Of a stretch of 64,000 bases of DNA, positions 1-13,409 are shown one piece after another. The stretch's first letter is position 1, and each line of letters opens with the position of its first letter. The notes beneath the pieces are model-generated. The model did not search any database. It saw only the letters and a list, made by a program, of their open reading frames with translations, and was not told the DNA's origin. The stretch lies in the NCBI GenBank assembly GCA_964016885.1, contig OZ024743.1:40300001-40364000 (forward strand). The letters are read 5' to 3'. A program made the position numbers and the translations under genes. The stretch is from Eledone cirrhosa (Eukaryota).

Positions 1-903
1 CTTTATTCCGCCTTTGATTGTATCTGTTCATACATTCCCTGAATGTAAATTATAAAGAGGTATTTCACTACTGTACAAGTAACTACTAAGTTCTTTACTG
101 AAACTCGTGTATGTTTCTATGAAAAGGCAACCCATATTTTAAAGTGATATTATTTAGATTAAAATCTTTCCGACATAATTTTGTTATGTTACAAATACCA
201 TCATAATGATGATAAAATGAATGAGTTTATTATATCCCTCGAAGTTCCGCATTATTAATCAAAATAAAATTTATTTAATAAGACTGGAAACAAAACTCAC
301 AATAGGTGAACACAGAGATCGAAAATAATCCAGTTGGAGCGGGTACAGCGCAGTTGCCATACATACTAGAAACACGAGTCAATTGTGTATCTAATCATTT
401 CCTATTGTCTGAAATAGAAATACATTTTGGATAATATAACATTCGATATGAAAACAATCAAGGTTGGAACGTCCTTCGTCATACGTTTAATAAATCAGAC
501 CTGACTATGTGTTAAACATAGGCACAACGCTAAAATTAATGATCAGGTGGATAGTCAGTCAATTGACTTGGTTGGAATATTGTAGAAGTCGTCAATTCCT
601 TCTTAAATCCGATCCCAGCGCATTAAATAAAGTAGAACACACAAAAACATACACATACTCTCCCTCACCCATGTATATATATATATATATCGGTTTGCTT
701 TTCCTTCTGTTGTTTACTTGTCTCACTCGCTTTACGCGTTTCACTTGTCCCAATAGCTTATTTTAGTCGTTGCTCGCACCAACCTGAGGTATCTGATTTT
801 TAATGCGATGAAATACCAATGATGGTTGGCAAATCACTGATGAGGGACTAATTTTATAATATGTAATCCATGTGCAACCATGCAGTATTCTTCTCCCCTT
901 GTT

Positions 904-983
<80 letters not shown>

Positions 984-1028
984 GTGTGTGTATATATATA
1001 TATACACACGCACACAAACATGTATATT

Positions 1029-1060
<32 letters not shown>

Positions 1061-2084
1061 TCATATTTAATGGATGAAACACATTTCATTGAATCTTAAA
1101 CCGATCAAAGCTGATCTGCGACTAAAGTATAATACCAAAAACGCATACTTTATTCCTTCCGATTCGAGTGAAATAAAATAAATCGTGATAGCAGAAGATT
1201 TACGCTGATGCAGTTGTTTTTGTTGTCTTGACTACTGTAGTATTTGATGTTTTCATAGAAAATATTTCACAAAATCCCAGGCAGCATAACTGAACCCGAA
1301 TCAACTTAGTTGCGAATTTGACTTCTCAATAACATAAATATATGAAAGAAAATGACACACAACAAGCGACACATAGCGGGGGAAATGAAAGAAAAGTGAA
1401 GAGTAGCTGTGAGAGGAGGGTCTTTAGATGAATGACGCCTCAGCAGTTCGGGAAAAGAAGTGCAATCTGTTGGCCAGAAGACATTAGTAAGTAAAATGGC
1501 GGATGATTTAATCAATATTATGTATGTTACTAATAAAATTATCAATTTTCTGCCTTAAATGTTTGAATTTGATCACAGCTAGCGCACATTTGATTAAATT
1601 TTAGTTGAGTGAACCAGTTGTAATTAGTATATATAGCTGTGACTATATTTTACGCGTCTTTTGTAGTATTTTCTTTAGTTTTATTTTTCATATACTATTA
1701 CCTTTTCCATGCTGTATTGTTTTATCAAAGAGTTCTTAATAGCATAGTAGAAATAGATATAAAAATGTCCTTCCTTTAAATTTGTCTGGAGGGTTTCTTT
1801 CTGATTCTTATTTGCATGCTTTCCTCCTTTCATTTCTTAAGTTTTACCAAGTTTCTATTTGTGTTACCGTTGTAGTTTTCTTTTTTGCTGTTTTGGCGTC
1901 ATTTTCGTATGTTTTTTTCTTTGTTTGTTTTTTTTTCAGCAAGATGTTGGAAACTATTTTGGTAGAAAGTTACTTTTAATTTCTGTGTAAAAAAAAAATG
2001 AAGTAGAAATTGAAGTAAATAAATTTGAAAAATATATAATAGATGTAACAAAAAAGCAACAAAACTATTATATATATATATATT

Positions 2085-2116
<32 letters not shown>

Positions 2117-2160
2117 TGAATTAGAACCCTGTAACATATATATATGAGTGTTTGCGCGTG

Positions 2161-2202
<42 letters not shown>

Positions 2203-2315
2203 TGTATGTATGTGTGGTTTTCTGTATGTACGCATGTATTCAAAATTCATTCTAGCCAATTCAATATGTAATTTGATAAAAATGTTACCTATGAAGTGCA
2301 TTCTTGTATACATCA

Positions 2316-2620
2316 AACGAAAGCTAACAACGACGGCGATAATGTTGGTAACGATGACGATAATGGTGATGGCCTGGGGGTGGAGCTAGTAGCAGAAATG
2401 GTGACGGCGATGGCTGTGTTGTTGACAGTGGTAAAGAAGAAGAAGAAGAAGAAAATCAACAACAACAAGAACAACAGCAACCACAACCACAACCACAAGA
2501 GCAACAACAACAACAAGAATACGTATCGCAGGCAAATGTTCAAAATGATAATGATGGTGCTCGTAATGGTGGCATTGGTGTTGGTATTGGTAATGATTAT
2601 CATTAAATTATTATTATGGT
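2316..2620. repeat. Degenerate trinucleotide low-complexity tract (GAT/AAG/AAC/GGT)
   Basis: Runs of aacaacaac, aagaagaag and gatgatggt. Confidence 0.8.
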
Positions 2621-2727
2621 TGACTGTGTCGCAAAAATAAAATACCAGTAAGTATTTTGGTCGATATAATCAACTTTCCCCTCCCCACAGTTTGCATATA
2701 TTCTGCCTATGATAATGTTTTGAAAGT

Positions 2728-2941
2728 TGTGGATTGACCGAGAAGTTAGAGTGTCGGACATATGCCTCGCAGTATTTGTTCCGGGTCTTTACGTTCTGAG
2801 TTCAAATCCTATCAAGTTTAACTCTAACTTTCATCCTTAAGGGGGTCGATAAAATAAAATACCAGTAAAGAACGGGATTCGATATAATCAACCTTTCCTC
2901 TCCCAAATTTGATGGTGCTGTGCCTAAACTAAGAAACAATG
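2728..2941 (+). mobile_element. tRNA-derived SINE, decayed copy
   Basis: B-box-like gagttcaaatcc, core tttcatcct..ggggtcgataaaataaaataccagt, and tail gtgcctaaactaagaaacaat. All are shared with many copies in the window. Confidence 0.7.
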
Positions 2942-3592
2942 CCTAAAAATTCCTTACCGTTTGTCTGAATAAGTAATGAGGATCTCAACAATTTCATGCG
3001 ATTTTCTACTATATGCCTTCCATACACCTATCCATGTGTGTGGAACGGCCTCTTATATGTGTAAATATGTTTGTATAAATTATCGGTGTTGTTGTTTCAT
3101 GGGGATAGTGTTGTTGGTTTGGGTTTTATTTTACTGGCTCGTCTATTGTGTAATATGAGTTGTACTCTTTGTTATAGATGCTGTTTCAGCTATAGCGTGT
3201 GAGGAAACGGACAGTGAAGTGTTGGGCTATGCACGGTGGGCACAGCATTGAAGAGTTGTTTACAACTTTGCATGGCAATTAGACGTTAATGTCTCCGCTT
3301 CGATCCTGATGCGAGTCGAAACCATCCATGTGAATAAACCCGGAAAGACGAACACTTAGTTGAAGTCGTTCGAATATACTGACGCCATCATATAAAAATA
3401 CAAAGGGCCAGATATCTTGCACACTGACATAGTGAATCGCACTGAGAATTCATTTAGATATATGTGTCTCTGGAATGGTCAGACATGTTGAAAAAATAAT
3501 TAGTTGAGAGAAGCATTGTCGAAACCAACGAAGTTCCATCGTTTCGTAAAATATAATCGGGTGTCGATTATGTAGGAGTATACTATATAAGT

Positions 3593-3693
3593 GTTTCTAC
3601 TTTTGGCACAAAGCCAGTAATTACCAAGTACATTACTGGTACTTTATTTTATCGACCCTGTAAGGATGAAAGACAAACTTAACCTTCGCGGGA
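3593..3693 (-). mobile_element. SINE 3' half
   Basis: Reverse complement of the SINE core and tail (tgtttctacttttggcacaaagccag...atcgaccctgtaaggatgaaag). Confidence 0.7.
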
Positions 3694-5043
3694 GTATACT
3701 ATATATTAATATTATATGTTGCTTGAGTTGATTATGTTTTGTGAGAGTTCAGCTATTCTATTGAGTGCTTAATACAGAGGCTATATGCAGTGTCAATCAA
3801 TGCTTGGTTGTTTGAGATACACTTTTAAATGCCGTAGCCTGTAACCAAAATAACCTTTTGTGGAGGTTGTGGGAAACGTTGTGTAACTTGATATGGAAAT
3901 GTTTTGTACGTTTTTAATATGTTTTGTTTTATACGTTATGCTCCGAATATTATGGGTGATGATTTCAAATTCCGGCTTACCAATAATAAATATATATGCA
4001 AATATGTGATTGTATGTATACATGTATTTGTATGTGTCAGTGTGAGTGGGTGTGTGAGATGTTTGTATATGTTCCTATCTGTTTATTTGTTTATGCAATC
4101 CAGTTTTACCAGCACTCATTTTGTCTTCAATTATAATATTCACTTTCGTATTGTATATTTTCGGAATGTATTCGCCTCCTGTGTAGTTGTATAGGGTTTA
4201 AAGATCATATTCAAAACTTCGAAATAATATGAAATGTTCTATTTCATTATTCTTTTCATTTAAATACAATTATTCAAAAGAAAAGATTAATTTTCTATGA
4301 GTAGGAAAATGATTTATCTTTAAAAACTCATAAGATTTCATTTACATTTTCTAAGGTGGAATTTGCCGAAGAATTGTGAAGCCTTCAATAGACTTAATTA
4401 ATATAGTGGTTGGCTTATTTGCAGGATTAAAAACTTGTTCTTATCTTCAGTTTTAAGCAGGAAACTAAATCCATTCATTCAACATAGCGTTTTTTACTTC
4501 ATAGCAAAATGTTTCAAATACGGCTTTTGTTAAACATAAAAAAAAAATCATGAATCATGTAAAAGCAATTGATGTCTGTTTCGATTGTTAACTATGAAAA
4601 ACCTGATTCATAGTCTAAACTGAAACATGTTCACTTTTACAGCTTGAAATAAACTGATTCATAAAGCTCATGCCATGTCAGCTAAATCTATAATACTACA
4701 CTCTCATTGCCAACACTCTCATTACCACACTCTCATTGCTTGTGGGATTACATCAATGGTATAAAAAATACATACACATATATAGTAGGTTTCCTAATAT
4801 GTAATATAGAGGGATAAAAATATATATTAATGTTAAGATACGTAGCTTCGGGTTTCGATATATTTGACTCGTGATTAGGAGGCAATGATTTTGATTTCTA
4901 GAAAGAGTGATTTATTGTGCCTTTAAGCAAGGAAATTCATTCCATGTTACTCCAGTTAAATAAACACGTCGGATTAAGGGCAGTTCAACATACGCACCAG
5001 GCTACGTCCAATCCGGATATTGCATGCAGAGGTGGAACTTCAC

Positions 5044-5089
<46 letters not shown>

Positions 5090-5359
5090 GGTGGGGGCAT
5101 AAAACAGTAAGTAGAATTGAATTCAGTGGCGGTAATTATATATATAAACTTATTGTTTTATATATTACAATCGTTTCAATATCGGTTAGCACAGGATGCA
5201 ATCATAATGAATGGGTCTTGACACATATAAACTCACATATCTGATGAGACGTCGGACTTTAAAACAGCTTGGAGTGCCTGGTCCGTCAAACTACCTGTAA
5301 CTGTAGTTACACACATTAATAGCACACACACACGCACACACACGCACACGCACACACAT

Positions 5360-5405
<46 letters not shown>

Positions 5406-7337
5406 GCATAATTATGTATAATTATATACATATATATTGATATTGTTGAAAAATGTAACTTTCAACATAGTTTAACATTACGACAAAGTCCTGTCTTTTA
5501 CAGTAGAGTGTATTATTACTTAATATCATCAATTTTGTAACTGATTCCATTTTAGTATTAATTGCTTACCATCCAACCTCTTTTATCATCAATATGTAGA
5601 AAGGATAAATTATTATTCAGCAAATCCCTGTCATAGAAAACTGAAAATTGATTTGTTTTGCTCTGCAAGTAGCAGGCCTACCGACTGTTAATGATGAGAA
5701 TCGGCTCCAAAGCAATCTTTGAATGGAGTATTTTAATTGATTTTAAACGATAATTCATTTTTAATAATTTTATTTATGAATGACAACCTAAAAACAAAAT
5801 ACAAACAACTAAACAAAGGGAATGTGGACGAATGGATAGGGGACAAACACTATGCAGGTAACTGGAAATCATATGTCAGCTACACCCAACAGACATTCTA
5901 CCTCAATGATTTATCGAAAAAGAAAACGCCCTCCCTGGTCCTGAGGACACCGGAGATCTTAATTTCAGCATGCTCAAAAAAGAATCGGTCAAGCATTGTC
6001 GAGATTGATTTGTTAATTGAAAGATTGTTTTTGTATGAAAGAAATTATATGTTTATAGTTAATATTTTGCAACGTAAATTTTCTTTTGTTCATTTTCTCT
6101 TATATGTTTAGAATAAGATATTGATTGTGTTCAAACTATTATTTACCTTGATCCTAAGTTTTCAGAGCTGCAGGAAACGTAAATTTACTACTTTTATACA
6201 CATTCCCCAAGAGCATAAGCAGCAAAACGGTGTGTAAAGTTTTCAAACATTTTTCAGATGTAGATGTTTAACGAAATTAGATTTTTCTGACGAACATAAT
6301 GTCATTAACGAGCAATTGCTGAAGATTTGATGTGGGCAGGGATAGGCGTGAAACGGTAGACAAAATTACAGATATATCGATAGGCAGATATATTGATATG
6401 TAGATATATCGAGAGACCATATATATATATATGTGTGTGTGAGGTGTGTGTGTTTGTATGTGGGTGAGAATGAGTGTGTGTGTGTGCGTGGGTGTGTGTG
6501 CGTGTGTACAATCAGTTCACAACTGAGGCAATACTCAGCTTTCGTTGGGTTTAATACCAACTCATTCAGTCTGCCATATTCTAATGAAGTTATTTCCGGG
6601 AAAATGCTTGTCGTGTAGGAGAGTTCTAAAAATAAGGATAGGGAATTCTAAAAGAATCTTAATTAATTTATTTATTATTGAACTCTATATATGTAAGGAA
6701 GAGAATTCTGAGAAAAAATGTCGAGAAATTGCATGTAGATCGATGGCACGTAACATAGCGATGAAATATAATCCTGCCTAGACGATTTCTTCAGATAAAA
6801 TATTGCTTTGTATGAAAAAGATTGAAAAGACCCAGGCTGTTTTTTAGAAGACAGTTTTGTAACTAAATTCCACTTATCAACGCTACACAAATTACAACTT
6901 TTCCTAGTATCCTCCATTTCGAGGAGAAATCCATTGTTTTATTTTTTTTAACTGAGCGGGGTTGAACTTCCACTCGTGGTTTACGGGTGTAGAAGAATAC
7001 TTCTTGTCCGAATATTTGAATATCATTTCATGGTTTAAGAAACAGATTTTTAAACGACCCTCTGGCATTCAAACATATGTCCGGGCTTCTGTTTGCTGTT
7101 TCTTGTTAGTAGAGGTCACTTCGACTTCATATATCACCATTGGAATGTGGCACTGTTGGTCAAGGGGAAATGTTTCTGCCCTTCTACATGAGTACCCGGG
7201 AGGTTGAATTTGTTAGTGTCTATTATGATGCGGTATTTCATGTTTGTAGCATATGAGTATCCTATTTTCACTGTATGTGTGGCCTACATGGACTGAGTAC
7301 TCTAATCCTTCGGGCAATTTATATCAACTTTTTACTA

Positions 7338-7378
<41 letters not shown>

Positions 7379-7381
<3 letters not shown>

Positions 7382-7921
7382 GAAGGGAGAGTCTTGAAGA
7401 TAAATCAAGGTCTGCACGTCCTGCAACTACCAACACTGAAGAAAACACTACTTGTGTTGGACGACAGGCGATTGACTATTAGCTTATCCTGTGAGAGGGT
7501 TGAAAATATTCTACGTAAAACACATGGCGCGATGAAGGCGTCTGATCCGTGTGTGGCACGTTTTCTAACACCTGATCAGTTTGATCGAATCATGGAAAAT
7601 CTATTGGTTTCTTTGAACGTTTCTTATCCCAGGATGGATGTTGGGGGGTCATCTCTTAGTGCCAAGGTATAAGAGTAATCCATGCAATGGAAACATCACT
7701 CCTCATATGCTCCAAAGAAGTTTAAGATTGTTTCCTCTGCAGGAAAGCTGATAACTTCAGTATTTTGGGAGGTAAGAGGCATTTTATTTATTAGGATTAA
7801 AGCTCCTTCGGGAATGGGATCCTAGCGCAGCAGAACCGATAGGAGAAGTATGTGAACCTCAAGGAGGACTCTGTCAAAAATATAACTCATTTGCTCATAT
7901 TCCATGAGAGCCCACCACTGT
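7379..7921 (+). mobile_element. Internally deleted mariner (Tc1/mariner) transposase remnant
   Basis: CVARFLTPDQ resembles mariner WVPRxLT. Downstream translation SMQWKHHSSYAPKKFKIVSSAGKLITSVFW matches the mariner catalytic-domain start. Flanked by (TA)n. Confidence 0.75.
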
Positions 7922-8130
7922 ATATATATATATATACACGAGCACACGCTTTGTCCGGTCCCATGTCGATTAAATTCGGAAATATAACCTTATTATGTAA
8001 CAAACTGTCTAATGATGTCACGGCACTGGCGCACCGAACCATGTGGCCACTGTCGTCATTGAAATATATATCACAGCCTTATCATTAACGGACTTTAACA
8101 TCTGAAACTACTTTGCTTTTTCTTATTCTA

Positions 8131-8189
<59 letters not shown>

Positions 8190-8341
8190 CAACTAGAAAT
8201 TGATTGACATATATATATATATATATATAAAATAAACATATGAAGCAATCACAGGGGATGATTTGTACAGTGGATATGGCGCATGTCTCTCAGACTGACA
8301 CCCACATATATGGCGCATGTCTCTCGGACATGACACCCATG

Positions 8342-8342
<1 letters not shown>
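8190..8342. repeat. Short rearranged copy of the ~560-bp repeat at 25.87-27.16 kb
   Basis: Starts caactagaaattgattga like 25868. Ends tacagtggatatggcgcatgtctctc..gacatgacaccc like 27103-27140. Confidence 0.7.
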
Positions 8343-8405
<63 letters not shown>

Positions 8406-8436
8406 TATTTATATATATATATATATTCTTCGCTTT

Positions 8437-8483
<47 letters not shown>

Positions 8484-9032
8484 CATATATATTTAATAAA
8501 AAGGAGGATTTGTTATGTCTTCATTATGTTTAATCATTGGTGATGCGCGTTTCATACTATTGATATGAGATAAATAGATACATATAATAGATATATGAAT
8601 ATATAATAATTAGGATTGAAGAAATGGGGAAAAAGGAAACGAAATACTTTAATTATATTGAATGATAATAAATTGTGTGGTAATAATCCTTCGGAACTGG
8701 GAACTTAGTCGATTTATTCGGACGGTACTAACCACTAAAAACTCTGTTTTTAAACTACATCGATATTTATGTAGGGCAGTTAAACCAGGCTTATGCTATT
8801 TTAAACATTTAACTTGGTGGGTTTTTTTTTAATATAACATTGCGTACGCGATTTTGTTATTATAATTTTGGTAATACTTTTTATGTATGAAAACGAAATG
8901 GTAATTAATGCATATATGAGTTTGTAGGTGTGAATGTGTGACTGTGTGCCTGTTAGAGGAGATAATGCATACACGCGCACGCACACACACACACTCAAAC
9001 CCAAACACACACACGCACACACACACACACAC

Positions 9033-9125
<93 letters not shown>

Positions 9126-9427
9126 CGTGTGTGTGTGTGTGTGTGCGTGTGTGTGTGTATGTGTGTGTGTGTGTTGTGCGTGCGCGTGTATGTATTATCT
9201 CCTCTAACAATTTACTTGAAGCATTGCGTAACGAGGTATACACTTTTGGAAGGCCAAGACGAAGCAGATATGGATATAGAATATAAATGCGAATGCAAAA
9301 GACATTGTTGACAATTAGCCTTTTACCTTAAATTTATTTAAATATCCTTAATTTTCGAGATAATATCTCTTCTTCGGAGCTTCGGAGGGAAGTAAAGGGG
9401 TTAATCCAGTGTTCTAATTAGCTTGCC

Positions 9428-9484
<57 letters not shown>

Positions 9485-9599
9485 ATTGGCAACATGACCC
9501 TCCCAAAGTATAACAATATATATAATAATAATAATAATAACAATAATCTCGATATGAGTGTTTAAATGTCGAACCTAAACAGTTCGAATAACGGTAGAG

Positions 9600-12360
9600 A
9601 GGAGACTGGAACGTCATGTGACAGACTCTCACCCAGGAAGTGCCCTCTGGCCCAGCAGCAAGGACCTGGCTGTCATCCAAATACTGCTGGTGTTGGAGGA
9701 AGAAGAAGAAGGAAAGGGACAAGAACCAACTGGACGAAATAATTGAATAGAACTGTCATGGAATGTTACCTGAAAAGTAACCCCAAGGAAAAAGGCTATA
9801 GGAATACATGCATAACATCTGGAACGAGATTGGTCTATTTAAATTAGATGAACAAAATTTGGCCGGGCAGGCGCGGGTAATAAGAACTAATGGGTGGATA
9901 AGCGAGTTGGAACTGGAGTAACTGAGCAGAGAGATTAGGTTAGAAATGGAGAGTCGTGTATGCCAGACAAACGAGCCAGTGGGAAATGAAGGTGAAGAGG
10001 TTGAGAGAACGGAGGAAGCATCCGAAGCAGACAATAATCTGAATGCTGAAATAAATAACACTAGGAACAAAGATACGGCCATTGAGGAAATGAATGCTGA
10101 CGGGCTAGAACAAGAGTTGGTTGATATCCTAAATTTAGTGGTAGATGAAATGAACAATGATAGTGGGAAACGTATGAACCTAAGTTTTGTAGAGAAGAAA
10201 AAGTTAAAAGAAACAACAGCTAAGTTAATCTAATTGATCCCATACCTTGAGGCGACGAACCTTCACCAATGCAACAATATCCTCAATGCAACAGCAAATG
10301 CGGTGAGGAAATTACTTGGCATAAAAACGAGAGGAAACAACAAACAATAAAAATCAGAACCTTGGTGGAAGAAACGACTGAATGGTCAAATCAAGGAAAT
10401 GAGATATGATATTGGAAATCTTGTGTCCCTAATGAATGGGGCACTACAAAACATAGACACTAAAAATAGACTGGAAATAACTACAAAACTAGGAGGAAAA
10501 AGCTAAATAAAATCATAGAGGAAATGAAGCAACGCATTGTTGGAAAAGGTCCATAGATTAGGCGGAATGAGAACAGAGTTAGTCAGTATAGACAGAACCG
10601 CATGTTTGATAACAGCCAGTAGATGTTATTTGGACAGCTTGAAGGGAAAGAAAGAGGCAACGACTTGATCCCTGAGGCGGAACAGACTAAGACATTCTGG
10701 AGAGAAATATGGGAGCAGGATGTTGAACATAAAAACCAGGCAGTGTCGATTGAAATCGTACAAAAGGAGATTAGTGAACAAGCACACCAACAAACTGATT
10801 TCAGTATCACAGTTGATACTCTTAAAGGGCAGGCCAAAAAACTAACCAGCTGGAAATCACCAGGCCCAGATGATGTGCGGGTATTGGATTAAAAATATAA
10901 CATCCCTCCACCCGAAACTGACAGCCATGTTCAATGAATGCTTGATGTCGAGTGAGGTGCCAGAGTGATTGACAAAAGGTACCATAGTTCTGGTAATGAA
11001 AGACCGAATCAAGGGTAATGATGTTACCAACTATAGATTTATCACATGTCTGTCCGTGATGTGAAAAATCTTAACAAGAATTATGTCTGAGGAAATCTAC
11101 CATAACCTCCACATAAACAACTTGTTACCGGACGAACAGAAAGGATTAAAATACATCTAAGTAGTAAGAATGTCATAAGTGCAGTGAATTTCCGAGCTGT
11201 GTCTATTATTACGTACAGTGCGGGAATTCTGAAATGGAATGTTGCTGAACAAAAAGAAACTGATAGGAAGACTAGGAAGCTATTGACTTTCTACAACATG
11301 TTCCACAAGAGGAGTGATGTCGATAGACTCTACTTGAAGAGTTCTGAAGGTGGAAGAGGTCTTATCAGCATAGAGGACTGTGTTCAGATGGAGAAAAACA
11401 ACCTGCACAAATACGTGACTAACAGTAGGAAGCTAATGCTCAGAATTGTACTGAAGGAGAGGGCAATAGACCAGGGGATGTCCAAGGAGGAAATAATAAC
11501 AAGGAGGAAGAGCAACCTTCATCAAAAATCCCTTCATAGTACCTTATTTGAGGAAACTGAATTTAGAGAACCACAGACATGGAACTGGTTAAAAAGAGGA
11601 GACCTTTAAAAGGCTACAGAAGGAATGCTAATGGCTGCGCATGAGCAGGCCCTCAGAACGAAGTGGGTGAAACACCATTTTTACAAGGAGGGGGCTAGCC
11701 CACTGTGTAGTATCTGTGGAGAGAGAGAGGAGACTGTGGCTCACATTGTATCCGGGTGTAAACACCTAGCCCAGACTCACTATAAAGGTTGGAGACATGA
11801 TGTGATGGGCAGGGTGATCCACTGGCACATATGCAAAGTAAACAATTTACCAGATTCTGAGAAGTGGTATGAGCATAAACCAGAGTCGCTGAGAGAAATC
11901 GATGAGGTGAAGGTGCTATGTGATTTTATGATACAGACGGACAAGAAGCTGGAACACAATAGGCCTGAGCTGATGGTTTTGGACAAGGAAAAAAGATCGT
12001 GCCTGATTGTAGACGTAGCCTGCCCATTTGACACGAGAGTGTAAGAAAAGGAGAGGGAGAAAATTAACGGATACCAGGACTTAAAGTGGGAGGTAAAAGG
12101 ATTTGGAACTGCCATGAAGTCAGAGTCGTCATAGGCGCACTGGTACTATCTCAAAGAGGTTCCAAGAATGGTTAAAGAAAATTAGTCCAGCCCCGCTTTT
12201 TGGAACACTTCAAAAGGCATGATTGCTGGAAACAGCAAGAACTCTCCGATACGTCCTGAATATCTGAGGCTGCAGGTAGCGGCTTCATATTCCTTTCAAC
12301 AAACTTTCCAGTTGAATAACATCAATGACTGAGACTCAAAGAATAATAAGAATAATAACA
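9600..12360 (+). mobile_element. Decayed R4/Dong-like non-LTR retrotransposon with restriction-like endonuclease; RT core largely deleted near 11.15 kb
   Basis: WKSPGPD, NYRFITCL, DVDRLYL..GGRGL, CSICGEREETVAHIVSGC (CCHC), RHD and RPELMVLD..IVDVACPFD (REL nuclease). Ends in an aataat tail. Many stops and frameshifts. Confidence 0.88.
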
Positions 12361-12435
12361 AGTTTCAAAAGATCCCGTTAAGGGTGAAAGCAGCGATTCT
12401 TTGCTTAAACGTTAATCTGTTATTTTAATAAATAA

Positions 12436-12520
<85 letters not shown>

Positions 12521-13409
12521 TTAGTTTAGCGAGGTTTTTATATGAAATCGTGTGTCGAAACAAATATTGTTATACTTGGGGAGGGTCATATTTGTGTAAT
12601 ATTGCCAGAATTAATAACAGAACACACTCACTGTTTGGTTGGTTTTCGCTTCTCGCTGTCTTTTATATCTGCGATCTAACTTACTCGGTCCTCAATGTTG
12701 CCATTAACAGACCGACGGTCAAAAATAATACAGATACAATATAGACACAAACACATATATACAGTTTACATAATTTACATAAATCTTTCGTTGCACATCT
12801 GCAACATCGTCAGTGGTGTTATATTTTTTCCTCCTGTTGTGTTGTATGGCTACGCCATTTTTTATTCAGTCTGTCGATATATTTATTTATTTATTTATTT
12901 GCTTGTTTGTTTATTTTATTTTGTCTTCTTTGCGCATGCGTTTGCGTGTGTGTATAGTGTTATGTTTGCTGTGTGACTAGTGTGATTAGTGTTGTGTCTG
13001 CTGGGTGACTAGTGTGTGTTTATGTGCTTGTTGTTATTGTGCTTGTGTATGTATTTTTTTATCTTATTTTATTTTATTTTATTTACTTATTTATACTTCT
13101 CTTAGGTCAGTGTTGTTTGTTTGGGTGTTGTTGTTGTTCCACTCATTCTTTCTGTTTAGCTTTGGTCTTCTAATTTCTATTTCACTGGCCGCTCTGATTT
13201 GCCTATCTGCTGGGTCATTCCTATGTTTAGATATTATTCTAATTCCTATGTTGTCTATGTTACCGTCATGTTGTTGTCTAGCATGTTCGTATAGTAATGA
13301 CCCGTTTTTTTCGTCCTTTTAGTTCCCCCCAGTGTTGGTCTATCCTTTCACCTATGCTACGAGCTGTTTCACCTGTGTATGTTGTTGTCATGTTTCTGCA
13401 AGTACCCCC

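Noticed and set aside
763-1099. Many ORFs rich in YI/HT/CV dipeptides, here and throughout the window
   Set aside because: They are translations of (TA)n/(CA)n microsatellites.
1300-1510. Possible host promoter or first exon (aaaatggcgg, gtaagt); also 51480-51660 and 57200-57900
   Set aside because: No ORF or splice chain can be supported from sequence alone.
4695-4740. Three short acactctcatt repeats as a CRISPR-like array
   Set aside because: A simple tandem duplication with no spacers, in eukaryotic DNA.
5935-6370. CTGAGGA, CTGACGA and CTGAAGA words; similar half-motifs at 8545, 29820 and 61130-61190
   Set aside because: The stems or the GAAA partner are too degraded to support a call.
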